Source: Squalus acanthias (Eukaryota). Taken from it: 64,000 nt of DNA. The stretch covers positions 122,638,001-122,702,000 of the forward strand of contig CM059431.1 of assembly GCA_030390025.1 (NCBI GenBank). The letters are read 5' to 3'. Shown here piece after piece: positions 13,521 through 25,598 of this stretch (positions are counted from its first letter, which is position 1; every line of letters starts with the position of its first letter). Made by a program: the position numbers and the translations under genes. Below the pieces are notes generated by a model. That model was not told where the DNA came from and did no database searches. It was given only the letters and a program-made list of their open reading frames with translations.

Positions 13521-14221
13521 CATGGAATGTATGCAAGATAGTTTTCTAGATCAGTATGTTGAAGAACCAACTAGGGAACAGGTTATTTTAGATCTAGTAT
13601 TGTGCAATGAGAAAGGGTTAATTAATAACCTTGTAGTAAATGGGGACTTTGGGAAGAGTGACCATAATATGATAGAATTTTATATTGAGTTTGAAAGTGA
13701 TTTTGTTAAATCCGAAACTAGGGTCTTAAATCTAAACAAAGCAAACTATGTAGGTATGAGTGGAGAGTTGGCTAAGGTAGATTGGGAAACTACATTAAAA
13801 GGTATGGCAGTAGTTAAGCAATGGCTAGCATTTAAAGAATTAATACATAATTTAGAACAAATATACATTCCTTTAAGGCACAAAAACCCCACAGGAAAAG
13901 TGGTCCCACCGTGGCTAACAAGAGAAGTTAAAGATAGTATTAGCTCAAAGGAAGAGACTTATAATGTTGCCAAAAAGAGTAGTAAGCCTGAGGATTGGGA
14001 GGATTTTAGAATTCAGCAAAGGAGGACCAAGAAATTGATAAAGAAAGGGAAAATAGAATGAGAGTAAACTAGCGAGAGACATAAAAACAGACTGTAAAAG
14101 CTTCTATAGGTATGTAAAAAGAAAAAGATTAGCAAAAGTAAATGTGGGTCCCTTACAGGCTGAGACAGGAGAAATTATAATGGGGAATAAGGAAATGGCA
14201 GAGAAATTAAACAAATACTTT

Positions 14222-16196
14222 GGGGGTGATTTTGTCAATGGGGGCGCATTGGGGGTGGGACTGCTGTTTTTTGGGTTTTAGTCATGCCCCCAATGACGTC
14301 CGGTCAACCCATGTTATTTTCCCTTGATTGACCTTGTTAAGCCCGCCCTGTGGGCTTAGCCAGCCAATTAAGGGAAAGCCGGTGACAGAGGATGTCAGCG
14401 TATGACGTTTCATCTTTCAAAAAATTTTGACAGATGGATTGTCAGCATTTGACAGCTTTGAGAAGCTGTCAAACACTGACAATCTCTGTCCTAAGGTGAC
14501 CCCTTGCACAGAAGACTCACCAAACCTCTTTCCTCAGCAGAAATCAGATGGCTGCTGCATCTGAGAATGCAGCAGCCATTCTGTCATCTCTGCCGTTGAG
14601 ATGAGGCACCTCCGGATCCCCAAGGGTTGAAGCCTGCAGGAAGAAACAAAGGTAAGTAAACTTTTTCTAACACTTTACACTCACCTCTCATACTTACCTC
14701 TCCACACTTGCACCCATCACTCACCTCCACAGCAGACTTTTCGATCCCTCTAACTCCCGCAGACCCACTGCTTGCCTCGCTTGAAGGGATATTTACTAGT
14801 CCCAGCCCCTTTAGGGTTACCCCGGATCAGGCATATTTCTCAGACGTTCACTTTCAACTAAAGTTTGAGGTAGCCGAATCCTAAAGATGCTTAATTGGGT
14901 CTAAAGGTCTGGGCTATCTCTCCCTAAAGGAAAGGAACAACCTGAGAATGTTACCATCCTCCAGATAGTGCTTTTAATAAGTTTAGTGAGACTGTAACGT
15001 CCCGGATATTATGAGGGTCCGGAAAACTCCCTCAGAATTCTGTAACTTTTCACCAAAGACTGTACAGAGATTGAGTTTGCGAGTTTTTGATACAGAAGAC
15101 TTATGTGAGACAATTCTAAAAATATATAGAGATTTATTAAAAGAACCAACATGCAATTTACAGTTGGTGAATCAGTCAATCACAATATTAACAGCTCTAT
15201 AAAGAGAAAACATACGATCTTCTTAACAGAGAATCTTACTTTTAAATCTTAACTTTGCTATAGTATTACTGTTCTTAAAGTTCTCTTTACAGGATATCCA
15301 TCAATATCAAATACATTTGATCCCCGAGGTACAAAGAGTTGGAGACTACAGAGCCGGCTCTGAAGCCGAGAATCACTTTGCCCGATTAAAGCGAGTCTGA
15401 TATCCCATTTGAAACTTCAATATTTATACCCTTTTCCAGTGGTATTTCCTTTAAGGTTTTCTGCTGATGCAAGTCAATTATCCCTATTCGTCTTTCTGCC
15501 GACCTCTGCAATTCTTACTATTACATCAGCCAGAATCTTGTCTCATCTCCATGTGTTCTAGGATCACCATATAGAAACGATGTGAAAGGCAGGTGTTCCT
15601 TATTTTATGTCATCTTTACGAGGGCAGATGTTCCTTATCTTACGTGTCATCTTTATGAAATTTAAATTAGAACACCTTATCCAGGGTGAACCATTGTTTT
15701 TTTCCCAAAGGTCAGCCTGTTGGAGCCATGCACCTTCTGTTTCAATAAGGTTATTTATTCAGGGTCAACAACTGTCTTATCTCAGTAGCCAGAATTCTTT
15801 CATAGCTATTTCATAGTTAGGCCTCTAAATTTCCAAACTCAGTTTGTCATGTTTTAATAAGGCCAGAATTCTTTCATAAGATAGTTTATTTTTCTGAATT
15901 GGTTATATGGCTTATTCATTCACACGCTGACCCTGGCGAGGTTCGCAGCCGTCGGGAAGCCCACACTTGCAGGGGTAAAATGTGGATAAGCCTCTTAACT
16001 GCCCATTAACTACCTGTTAACAGGCAGTTAATTGGCTGTGAACCCCTTCCCGCCTTGAGGAGATGGGTCCCTGCGCGAGTTGAGGACCCGCCTCCGGGAA
16101 GATGGCACAGAGGTGGGTACCCACTCCCAATTTTTGCCATTTTCCCAGCAGTCCTGCCTCCATACCAGCCTCCCCATGGCTGGCAAAATTCCCCCC
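14222..16196. mobile_element. Harbinger-type non-autonomous element, family B, carrying a solo LTR
   Basis: Ends GGGGGTGATTTT / AAAATTCCCCCC, TTT TSD at 14219-14221 and 16197-16199. Without the LTR it is an inverted homolog of 48150-48993. Confidence 0.88.
14782..15924 (-). mobile_element. Solo LTR (1143 bp) of an LTR retrotransposon or endogenous retrovirus
   Basis: TG...CA termini, 4-bp TSD CGCT at 14778-14781 and 15925-15928, absent from sister MITE copies. Minus-strand TATAAATA (15421-15428) upstream of AATAAA (15133-15138). Confidence 0.85.
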
Positions 16197-19100
16197 TTTG
16201 TGTCTGTCTTCATGGAAGAAGACGCATCAAACTTCCTGGAAATAGTGGTGAATAAGGGTCTAGCGAGAATGAGGAACTGAAAGAAATGAGTATTAGTAAC
16301 AAAATAATACTGGAGAAATTAATGGGACTGGAAGCCGATAAATCCCCTGGATCTGATTGCCTACATCCTAGGGTTATGAAAGAGGTGGCTATATGGATAG
16401 TGTACGCATTGGTTGTCATTTTCAAAAATTCCATGGATTCTAGAACGGTTCCCACAGATTAGAAGGTAGCAAATGTAACTCCACTATTTAAGAAAGGAGA
16501 GGGAGAGAAAACAGGGAACTACAGACTAGTTAGCCTGACATCAGTGGTAGGGAAAATGCTAGAATCTATTATTAAGGATGTGGTAACAGGGCACTTAGAA
16601 AATAATAATAGGATTGGGCAGAGTCAACATGGATTTATGAAAGGGAAATTGTGTTTCACAAATCTGTTCGAGTTTGTTCAAGTTGTAACTAGCAGAATAG
16701 ATAAGGGGGAACCAGTGGATGTGGTGTATTTGGATTTTCAGAAGGCATTCGATAACGAGCCACATAAGAGGTTATAAAACAAAATTAGGGCTCATGGGAT
16801 TGGGGGTAATATACTAGCATGGATCGAGGATTGGTTAATGGACAGAAAACAGAGAGTAGGAATAAATGGGTAATTTTCAGGTTGGCAGGCTGTAACTAGT
16901 GGGGTACCACAAGGATCAGTGCTTGGGCCTCAGCTGTTCACAATCTACATCAATGATTTGGATGAGGGGACCAAATGTAATATATCCAAGTTTGCTGATG
17001 ATACAAAGCTGGGTGGGAATGTAAGTTGTGAGGAGGATGCAAGGAGGCTTCAAGGGGATATAGACAGGCTAAGTGAGTGGGCAAGAACATGGCAAATGGA
17101 ATATAATATGGAGAAATGTGAAGTTATCTACTTTGGTAGGAAAAATAGAAAAGCAGAGTATTTTTAAATGGTGAGAGATTGGGAAATGTTGGTGTTCAGA
17201 GGGACCTGGGTGTCCTTGTACACAAATCAATGAAAGTTAACATGCAGGTACAGCAAGCAATTAGGAAAGCAAATGGTATGTTGGCCTTTATTACAAGAGG
17301 ATTTGAGTATATGTGTAAAGACATCTTACTGCAATTATATAGGGCCCTGGTGAAACCACAACTGGAGTATTGTGTACAGTTTTGGTCTCCTTACCTAAGG
17401 AAGGATATACTTGCCATAGAGGGAGTGCAACGAAGGTTCACCAGACTGCTTCCTGGGATAGGGGGGATTGTCATATGAGGAGAGATTGAGTAGACTAGGC
17501 CTATATTCTCTAGAGTTTAGAAAAATGAGAGGTGATCTCATTGAAACATACAAGATTCTTACAGGGCTTGACAGGGTGGATGCAGGGAGGATGTTTCCCT
17601 TGGCTGGGGAGTCTAGAACCAGGGGCCACAGTCTCAGAATAAGGGGTCAGCCATTTAGGACTGAGATGAGGAGAAATTTCTTCACTCAGAGGGGGGTGAA
17701 TCTTTGGAATTCTCTATCCCAGAGGGCTGTGGAGGCTCAGTCGTTGAGTATATTCAAGACAGAGATCGATAGATTTTTGAATATTAAGGGAACCAAGGGA
17801 TATGGGGATAGTGCAGGAAAGTGAAATGAGGTAGAAGATCAGCCATGATCTTATTGAATGGCAGAGTAGGCTTGAAGGGCCAAATGGCCTACCCCTGCTC
17901 CTATTTCTTATGTTATGTTATTGTGTTCCAATACAACAGCAAAAATATCTGCTCCTGAGAACCTTTCATCCCAGTCATCTCACAGTCCTACAGCCAAGTC
18001 CAGAGCTGTCCAAATACAAAGCTAAATAAAACACTTGAAAGGCTCCTTCTCAGCTCCATTAATCAGTTGTCTAAGTTTCTGCATTCTTCAGGCTCAAAAG
18101 TTCCTCACTTCTGCTGGTATCAACAGGTTTATCTTATTTATCTCATTCTACATTTCCCCTGAGTAACTTCCTGGATTTTGACACACCAATGTCACTGGCC
18201 CTCATCATATTATAGGTTAATAAGCTCTATGGGGACTCAGGGTGAATCACAGAGAGGCACAGAAAACATTGGGAACTCAGGCATATTGATTTTCATACGG
18301 GAAACTGGCAGAAATGGCTACTGCCCCAATTTAGAGACTTTCAAATCAGATTGAACCAAATCTGCACAGCAGAAATTCTAATGATGGTGAGGGATTGCAG
18401 GGCCATAATGTTTAAAAAGATGGGTGGGAATTTCCAGCTATAAACTTAGGAATGCAAGAATATTTGGGAATCAGGAAACAGTTTTATTACAATTATATTA
18501 GGTGGTATAATGGTCATTATAATACACAAATCCTGATGTGCTATGAAGACATTCCTAAAGACAAATCCACACATCCTGCAATCTTGTAAAAAATGGGAAA
18601 GGTTTTTGTGAGGAATTAATTAGCTAGTAGGTGGCACCAGAGGCTTTTGATCTACTCTAGAAATAGACCAAGCTTCCTTGTTGCCTCTAGGTTCTGTTTT
18701 CTTCAGGTCTGAAGCCCTAAGATTCATGAATTGGGGCAGGGTGTAAGTTTGCAATTGCATCTTTGAGGGGCCAGGATCTTTTGATGGGATAATGTATGCC
18801 AGGGTTCTTCTGCAGAAGTGCCCCTGTAAAAATTCTATGGAGTTCTGGACTCACTGAAGAAGCACCTGTCTTCCCAGTGACAGCCAGATGCAAAGCAAGA
18901 GATGATGTTGTGTATCTTAAATTCCATGACTTCTGCCTTGCTATTGACCCTTAAGAAGGCGCTCCACTATTTAATGCAGTTTGCCAGGACCAAGGCTGGA
19001 GCACTTGGTTAAAGAGACACTGCTGAACTGAGATGGCTTGTGGAGACCTTTGGCCATATCTTGGGACATCCTACAGGGATTGGAAAAATGTTTTCACTGT

Positions 19101-20469
19101 GAGACTCACCAAGACTTCCCCTAACATGCATAACATTTAGAAAGCATTGCATTTCAAGATTATTACTGAGCTAGTAACTGAAATTTGAACAATGGGCTTC
19201 CCAATGGGAATTGTACTTTACATGATTTATATGCTGGAGGATGAAAGGCAGCAGAAGGCTGTAACAGAGGCCAGATTAATCAGGCTGCACCAGAAGAGGT
19301 CCTACTTACAGTCACTTACAGCCACAGCCACCAGTCAGGAGGAGCCTTGGGTGGATCTTCTTCCCTATGTTAAGAGGACATGTTGAGGGCAGGTTTCGCC
19401 AAGAAATTCCTCCCTTTACATCCTTGAAAAGCCTCAGCTGAATGCATGCTAGCTGAGAGCTGGTTTGAATTCCTGTGAGGGCTTCTAAAGGCCCTAATCC
19501 TTCACCAGACGAGATCGAATACCTTCTTTAATTGGAGTTGTTCCACTGGGAGCCAAAGAGTTAAAAAGAATAATTTTTTCAGCCCATTTGAAGGGCGATT
19601 CAGCTTTGACTGGGCCATCCGTCACTGAAACAACCTTGTAGGCCACAGCTATGCAAACAACCTAGTGTCTCCAGCTTTGGATAAGTGTGTCGTGGGGTGC
19701 CAGGAATTTTAAGAGCTATGGGTAATGGGCCTGGCTGTGACTTGGAAGAGGGAGTATTTGAGAAGGTAAGCACATTACATAGGTTTTCTCTGACATTTAC
19801 CTGCTGAATCCTTTGATTTGCAATTGTTCCCTTTATCTTTTTATAACAATTTACTTTTCACTTCTTTCTTACAGGAAGCCTTTTAAAGCAACTAAGTATT
19901 TCTTAATCAGTGTAAGTTTCACGTTTACTTAAGAACAACATATAAATCAAAGAAAACATTAGATATCTCTTTCATTGTTGATCCAGCTAGTATACTAGTA
20001 CGTAATAGGCTATGTGACCGAAGCCTTTTACAGAGTAAAGTACTTTCCCTTCAAGATAATGCATAATCAAGCACAGATGTCTCCCCTTGCCTTAGATTGC
20101 TGTGCTGGACTTTTCAGCATCTCAAATGACATGATAAATGGATTAAGTCATTCATAGTTTGACAAATAATTATCTCTTCAGGCAGCAAGTGCTAATAGCT
20201 ACTTTTACGACTAAGATGAGATGGATGTGGAAAGCTCATCCTGGAACTCTTTATCATTACAACTCAAGTAATTCTAATGTGCCTAGTAATTATTCTGGCA
20301 CTCAATGTAGACGCAGTCCTTTAGATTAGTCAATTAATTTCAATGGTCAGGCATTGACTTATCAATAGGATGTGGATGACTGATTGATACGTTAATCATT
20401 TTGTCATTCCGTAGGCATGGTGCTTTCCACCGTTTTCTTGGAACTGTTCAAAGATTGTTGCTGAAATTT

Positions 20470-20560
20470 TTGCTGACCAAGGGTCCCATCTGAAACATTA
20501 ACTAATCTTTCCTTTTCTAAAGCGTACCGCGTATAGCCAGCATTTTAAGTTTTTATTCCT
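20470..20560 (+). mobile_element. Very short decayed Penelope-type 3' end remnant
   Basis: ctgaccaagggtcccatctgaaacattaact...cagcatttt resembles 4573-4667, including a decayed hammerhead core. Confidence 0.5.
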
Positions 20561-21714
20561 GTTCATTACAGATCAGATGAGATCATGTGAAATGTACACG
20601 TAGACTGAATATTATTACAGATTTATATTATCGTATGAACTCTTAATGCATTTGTATCAAATTTCTCTCTCCACTCTCTTAATGCAAGCCGTTTATTTTA
20701 AATGGGTTAATGCCTCCATTAAAACTAAAATAGCAGTGAGAGGCAATCGATAGGCTTGGGAGAAATACTCATACAATAACATCACTCACAGCAGTTTCCA
20801 GGCTTGCATCTCATGCTGATATTTACATGTAGAATAGGAGAAAGAATTGCTTTGGTCACTATATTAGTGACACTGTAAACAATCACCTATATCTCAAAGA
20901 GAGGAAATCTTCCCTCGATGTTTATGATGTTGCTAGCACATAGCAACCAGAGGAAATCTGCCCCCCATATTTCTAATCAATTGATGATCCCTCCATCTGT
21001 TCATATTTGTTACTTTCTATTCTAGAAATTACAGTTTGTGATTCCATCCTCCATTTTAGTGGAGATTTGGTGAAATAAATGGATCAACAACCTTTGTTAG
21101 AATATTAGATTTAGCAATGGCATGTGAATGCATTAAGCACTAGTCTGCTAATATCATAAACAGTCATTTCTAGGCTTTTAAATGTTTTAATCATGAATAA
21201 TATTGATGTCATAACAGTAATTTATGGTACCTAAGATGGAAGGAAATTTGCATAATAAGTCATAGTTATCACTGAGCACTGTTTGATTGTCTAACCTGAA
21301 GAGTCTTAATCTGAGCTCGCATTTGGACATTAGTTACTTCCTGGTTCATGGACGTGCCTATTTATGATCTGAGGCAGCTCCATAAAACATAAGGCTTTGC
21401 AAAGGAGAACAAGCAAGAGGGGTGGGTTAGGGTTAATGCAGGATAGTGTGCATATCAACTTATATTGATAGGAGTTCACATACTTCCAATCAGTATTTTG
21501 AGGTGAGTTTTGTTGACTCAGGTATGGAATCAGAATTCACCCTAACTTTCTTTGATAAGACCAACCCTTTTGGACAATGGCACATGGAGTTACAGTATGC
21601 TATCCAAGTTGTTAACTTCTGTTTAGCATTTGCTTATCTGAAGTCGTGTATCTAACGCATGCATACAGCAGTCGATATTGGCAAAATCTATTGTACATTT
21701 TACATAAAATCTTA

Positions 21715-23446
21715 GGGGGGAATTTTCCAGGGGGTCAACAGGCACGATCGGTGGCGGGTCAGGTGGGAAAATTGATTTTTTTTTGACAGCGGTTCAGGAC
21801 CCTGCTGTCAACCCGCAGCCACGTGCCTTTCCCAAATGTCGGGTCTGTCAGCGCTGAGCAGACCCGACACGCAGCGGCAGAGGAGGCTATTAAGGTTATT
21901 ATGACCTTGTTATCAGAGCATTAAGAACTATTTTTAGCTCACCTTCAGTGTTTACCAGTTCGCCCACGGGGTCCACGCTACTCGGGGATCATTTCAGGCA
22001 AGCAGGGCAGGAGCTGAATGGCCATGGAATCATCTCATTACTTGACAGCTGCAAATGTGCTATAAAAGCTCCCATCTCAGAGCTGTTCACTTTCCAAGCT
22101 CAGAAGCTGTTGCTTTCTGCATTTGGAAGACAATTTAAGCTCTTTGCAGGTTGCAAGTGTTTGGAGTAAACTCTGTATCTAGTGTCACCTCATTGGAACG
22201 ACCTCTCTCACCATTGACAAATTGCTTCTGTCATCTCAAGTTCAACTGCCATCTGTTCCATCAGCATCGTTGCCCTTGAAACTATCTCACCTTGGTCCTC
22301 AGAATCCCACCACGATCAGCCCCAACACCAGCAGCACCAGGCACACCAGCAGCACCAACAACAACACCAACCTTCTCTGCAATCAACTGATGCTGCACAG
22401 GACAGAGGGCATTAGCACCCGACTACATTGCTGCCCGGGAAGCCAGGGATGGCCTCACCATAGCCACATTTACTTCACTTGACGTTGTATACCCTGGCTG
22501 ACACATGATGCGCCAGGTCAGCACCACCCTACACCAACACCATAAAGCATCCCTAAAATGCCCAAGCCATTCCTTTCATACTCATCACCATTGCAGAGGG
22601 TACCGTTATGTCTCACCATTCACTGCAACTCACTAAGCCACTTCCAAAGGTGCACACAGATCTGTCCAAGAACGCAAAGTATTGAAAATAAAAGTTTCAA
22701 TGTTTGACACCACATTAACAGAAACTTTACATGGACATTGCATAAAAGACCCAAGTGCCTACCCTTGTGTGTTGTTAGTTGGTATGATTGGACTAGGATG
22801 AGGGTGAGTGTGAGGGCTGGCTAGTGAGATGGGGATGTGATAATGTAGATAGAGAGGTCTGGGTGGAGGTGCAAGGTAAGTTGGTGTGAGTAAGGATGTG
22901 CGGGAGTAGGGTAGGGAAGGCAGAGTGATGGGGATATGATGAGTGGCACAGCAGGATGAGGTTGAGTGTGGCTTTGCAGTAATGTTTTGTGATCTACTGA
23001 GATCATTGAAAGGTTTGCGCCACTGCAGCCTGGTCTTCCTGACAACATCCCTGCTTGTGTCCTCCTGTGCAATGTGCAACCAGGCTGCTTTGGTGTCCTG
23101 GAGAGTTCTCTTCTGCCCATTGGAAGGGAAGAGCCTGGGTGCAGCCGTGCACCTCTGCACATTGCTTGTCAGTGTTTGCAGTACCTCAATGCTGTAGAAC
23201 ACTGACAGCACTAATGTCAAAATAAATTTGCGCATGGTCCCTTTAAGGAAACCGGCTGATGACGCGTCATCAAATGACATCATCAGACCCACTTCCTTCA
23301 ATTAGCCAGCAAATGCGCTGGGTGGGCTTAATAAGCCCAATCAGGGGAAAATCATTTTGGACAGCGGGTTGGAGCCAGCAGTGAGGCCGGGACCCACCAC
23401 CGACATCGCCCGTCAAGGACCCGCTGAGTTTGGTCAAATCCAGCCT
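21715..23446. mobile_element. Harbinger deletion derivative with Myb/SANT exon-1 remnant
   Basis: TTA TSD at 21712-21714 and 23447-23449, imperfect TIRs. Minus-strand ~22970-23165 encodes LFPSNGQKRTLQDTKAAWLHIAQE...QWRKPFNDLSRS, homologous to the Myb/SANT exon 1 at 28713-28949. Confidence 0.8.
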
Positions 23447-25396
23447 TTAGTGTCCTGCACACCTCAACTATCTGATATTCCTTTGCAGAGAAGCATGAGG
23501 TGGGACATAAAATTTTGAAGATGTGATTTGCTGTTATAAATGAAACACAGAAACAAAATTTCAGGCAAAATGGAAGGGTGTGGCTTGAAAAGCACCCTAT
23601 CCACATTCCAAACAGGATACGATGATCTATCACTTATGCTTGAGTTCACTAAGCCTTCATGCAAAGATGAAGACCAGTAAGGTGACTTGAATGAAAGAAA
23701 TTTAAACTCACAGTATCGTCCTCCCCATCCCTTAGTTCAATGGCTCTGACATTAAATTACTGAAAATCCAAGAGAAGAACCAACTTGAGGTTGTACTTTC
23801 CAGGTGTGCCATCACCAGCACTACCAGGTAACTGCAGGTGAAAAGCATAAATCTAGCAGATTCTGAAAATAAAAAAGAATTGCTAACACATCACACCTGA
23901 TAGTTTCAACTAATGCTTGGGGCAGCAATGGATAAAAAATATTCCACTTAACGTTTTAAGCCAAATGTGTCTACTGCCAGATGTATGGCATTCTTGGTTG
24001 CCCATGGATCTCCCTATGCCAGAATCTAGAGATGTGAGGTAATACTTGTGTTTAATTTATCAAATGAGATGCATACTCAATCAAAAATATGCTCAGATCT
24101 CCTGCGGAGGCTTATGTAGTTGGTTACTATGTCCACATCCTCCTTCATCTTACTTTTCTCCTCTGATAGGATGAGAAATTCTGCAAAATACTTAGTGGAT
24201 TCAAGTGAATTGGTGAAGGCCATTAATGCTATTATTTCATGACAAAGTTGTCCTGTTATTGACCTTATAAAAGGAATAGGTCAAAGCTCTGCTGAATAGT
24301 ACTATTTGGACAGTTATAAGGGCCAGCAGCCAGTTTCACAAAACTGGGAGAATCTTTCTATTGCTGATGACATAACATTAAACAAGTCCTTAAAGAAACC
24401 GCTCAAAGGAAGTTCCTGGATGGATATCTTGCTCTTTCTGTTGCGGGTAGAATGCTATTGTTGATGGCTCAGTATCATGACCTGGATGAGGTTCCCTACA
24501 GATTTCAGACCCATTTCCACTCAGCTAAATGAGCCAGAACACAATCAGTGCATCTTTGAGAATGGTTTTATGAATGTACCCTGCCCATGTTTGTTTGTCT
24601 GATCTGAAGATTTATTCTTTCCCTGAGGAATCAATTGATTCACCGAGAGAAATGAAGCTTTGGCATTCTTGTAGCCAGGATCGCCTCACAATGACAGATG
24701 TCAGGTCGCAAATACATCTGAGAATCAGGCTATATATAGAAAGGTCAGAGGAGAAGTGAAAAAGAAAATAAGAGGGGCAAAGAGAAGGTATGAGAATAGA
24801 AATCTGCCGTCATCACTGCGCTCCTCAAAAAACCAAACCTTGATCCCTCCGTCCTTGCAAACTACCACCCGATCTCCAACCCCCCTTTCCTCTCCAAAGT
24901 CCTTGAACGTGTTGTTGCCTCCCAAATCCGTGCCCATTTTTCCAGCAATTCCATGTTTGAATCCCTCCAATCAGGTTTCCACCCTTGCCACAGTACCGAA
25001 ACGGCTCTCATCAAAGTCACAAATGATATCCTTTGTGACTGTGACAAAGGTAAACTATCCTTCCTCGTCCTTAGCCATAGAGTCGATGGGGGGAAAATTC
25101 AGTTGGTTGCGCCTCCCGTTAGCGCCTTAAGAGGGCGCTAATGGGGCGCAAAGCCGCTAGCGCCCGGGCACAGCGATGTTTGCGCCGCTCGGGAACTTAA
25201 CTAGACATAGTGCGGCGGCGCTAAACTTTACCGCCGTGACCACCTGCGCGCGCATATTGTGACGTCATTCCATGGTGCAACGCCCTTGTGGCGCCCCGGA
25301 GCGGAAATTGAGTGGCGCCCCCTGCCTTACCGCCTGGCGCTTCCAACGACCGGAAGACTGGAACGCTATCAATCGCTGTGGGGCTGGGGGGGACGC

Positions 25397-25404
25397 TATT
25401 TAAA
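25397..25404 (+). promoter_or_regulatory. TATA-like box (TATTTAAA) upstream of transposase
   Basis: About 200 bp upstream of the ATG. The same motif recurs in related elements (12286, 59584, reverse at ~8919, 51608). Confidence 0.5.
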
Positions 25405-25598
25405 GGGGGCCTCTTCCTGTCTTTTTCTGTGGTTGACATTTTTGCACCACTCGTTCTGAGAGAGAGAGAGAGATTCGGAGAGAGAGAAAGAGAGACTTCT
25501 GCATTGAGTCAACGCTTTGTGAGGTAGTTTTGCCTACTGGTCCTAACTTCGCTGGTACTTTGGTTGCTGTCCTTCATAACTTTGCTTGCAAAGAGACT

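Larger units (their letters stand above)
13522..17920 (+). mobile_element. 5'-truncated CR1 LINE, interrupted by MITE 14222-16196
   Basis: Endonuclease end (PTREQVILDLVL, GKSDHNMIEF), RT (QSQHGF, DFQKAFD, KFADD), C-terminal WNSL, (TTATG) tail. Frame NKYF|VSVF rejoins across the MITE. Confidence 0.93.

Noticed and set aside
14993..15924. Shorter LTR starting at TGTAAC 14993
   Set aside because: The TSD and the empty-site comparison place the boundary at 14782.
19192..19410. Short ORF resembling a Harbinger transposase N-terminus
   Set aside because: No catalytic motifs or ends found; similarity is only impressionistic.
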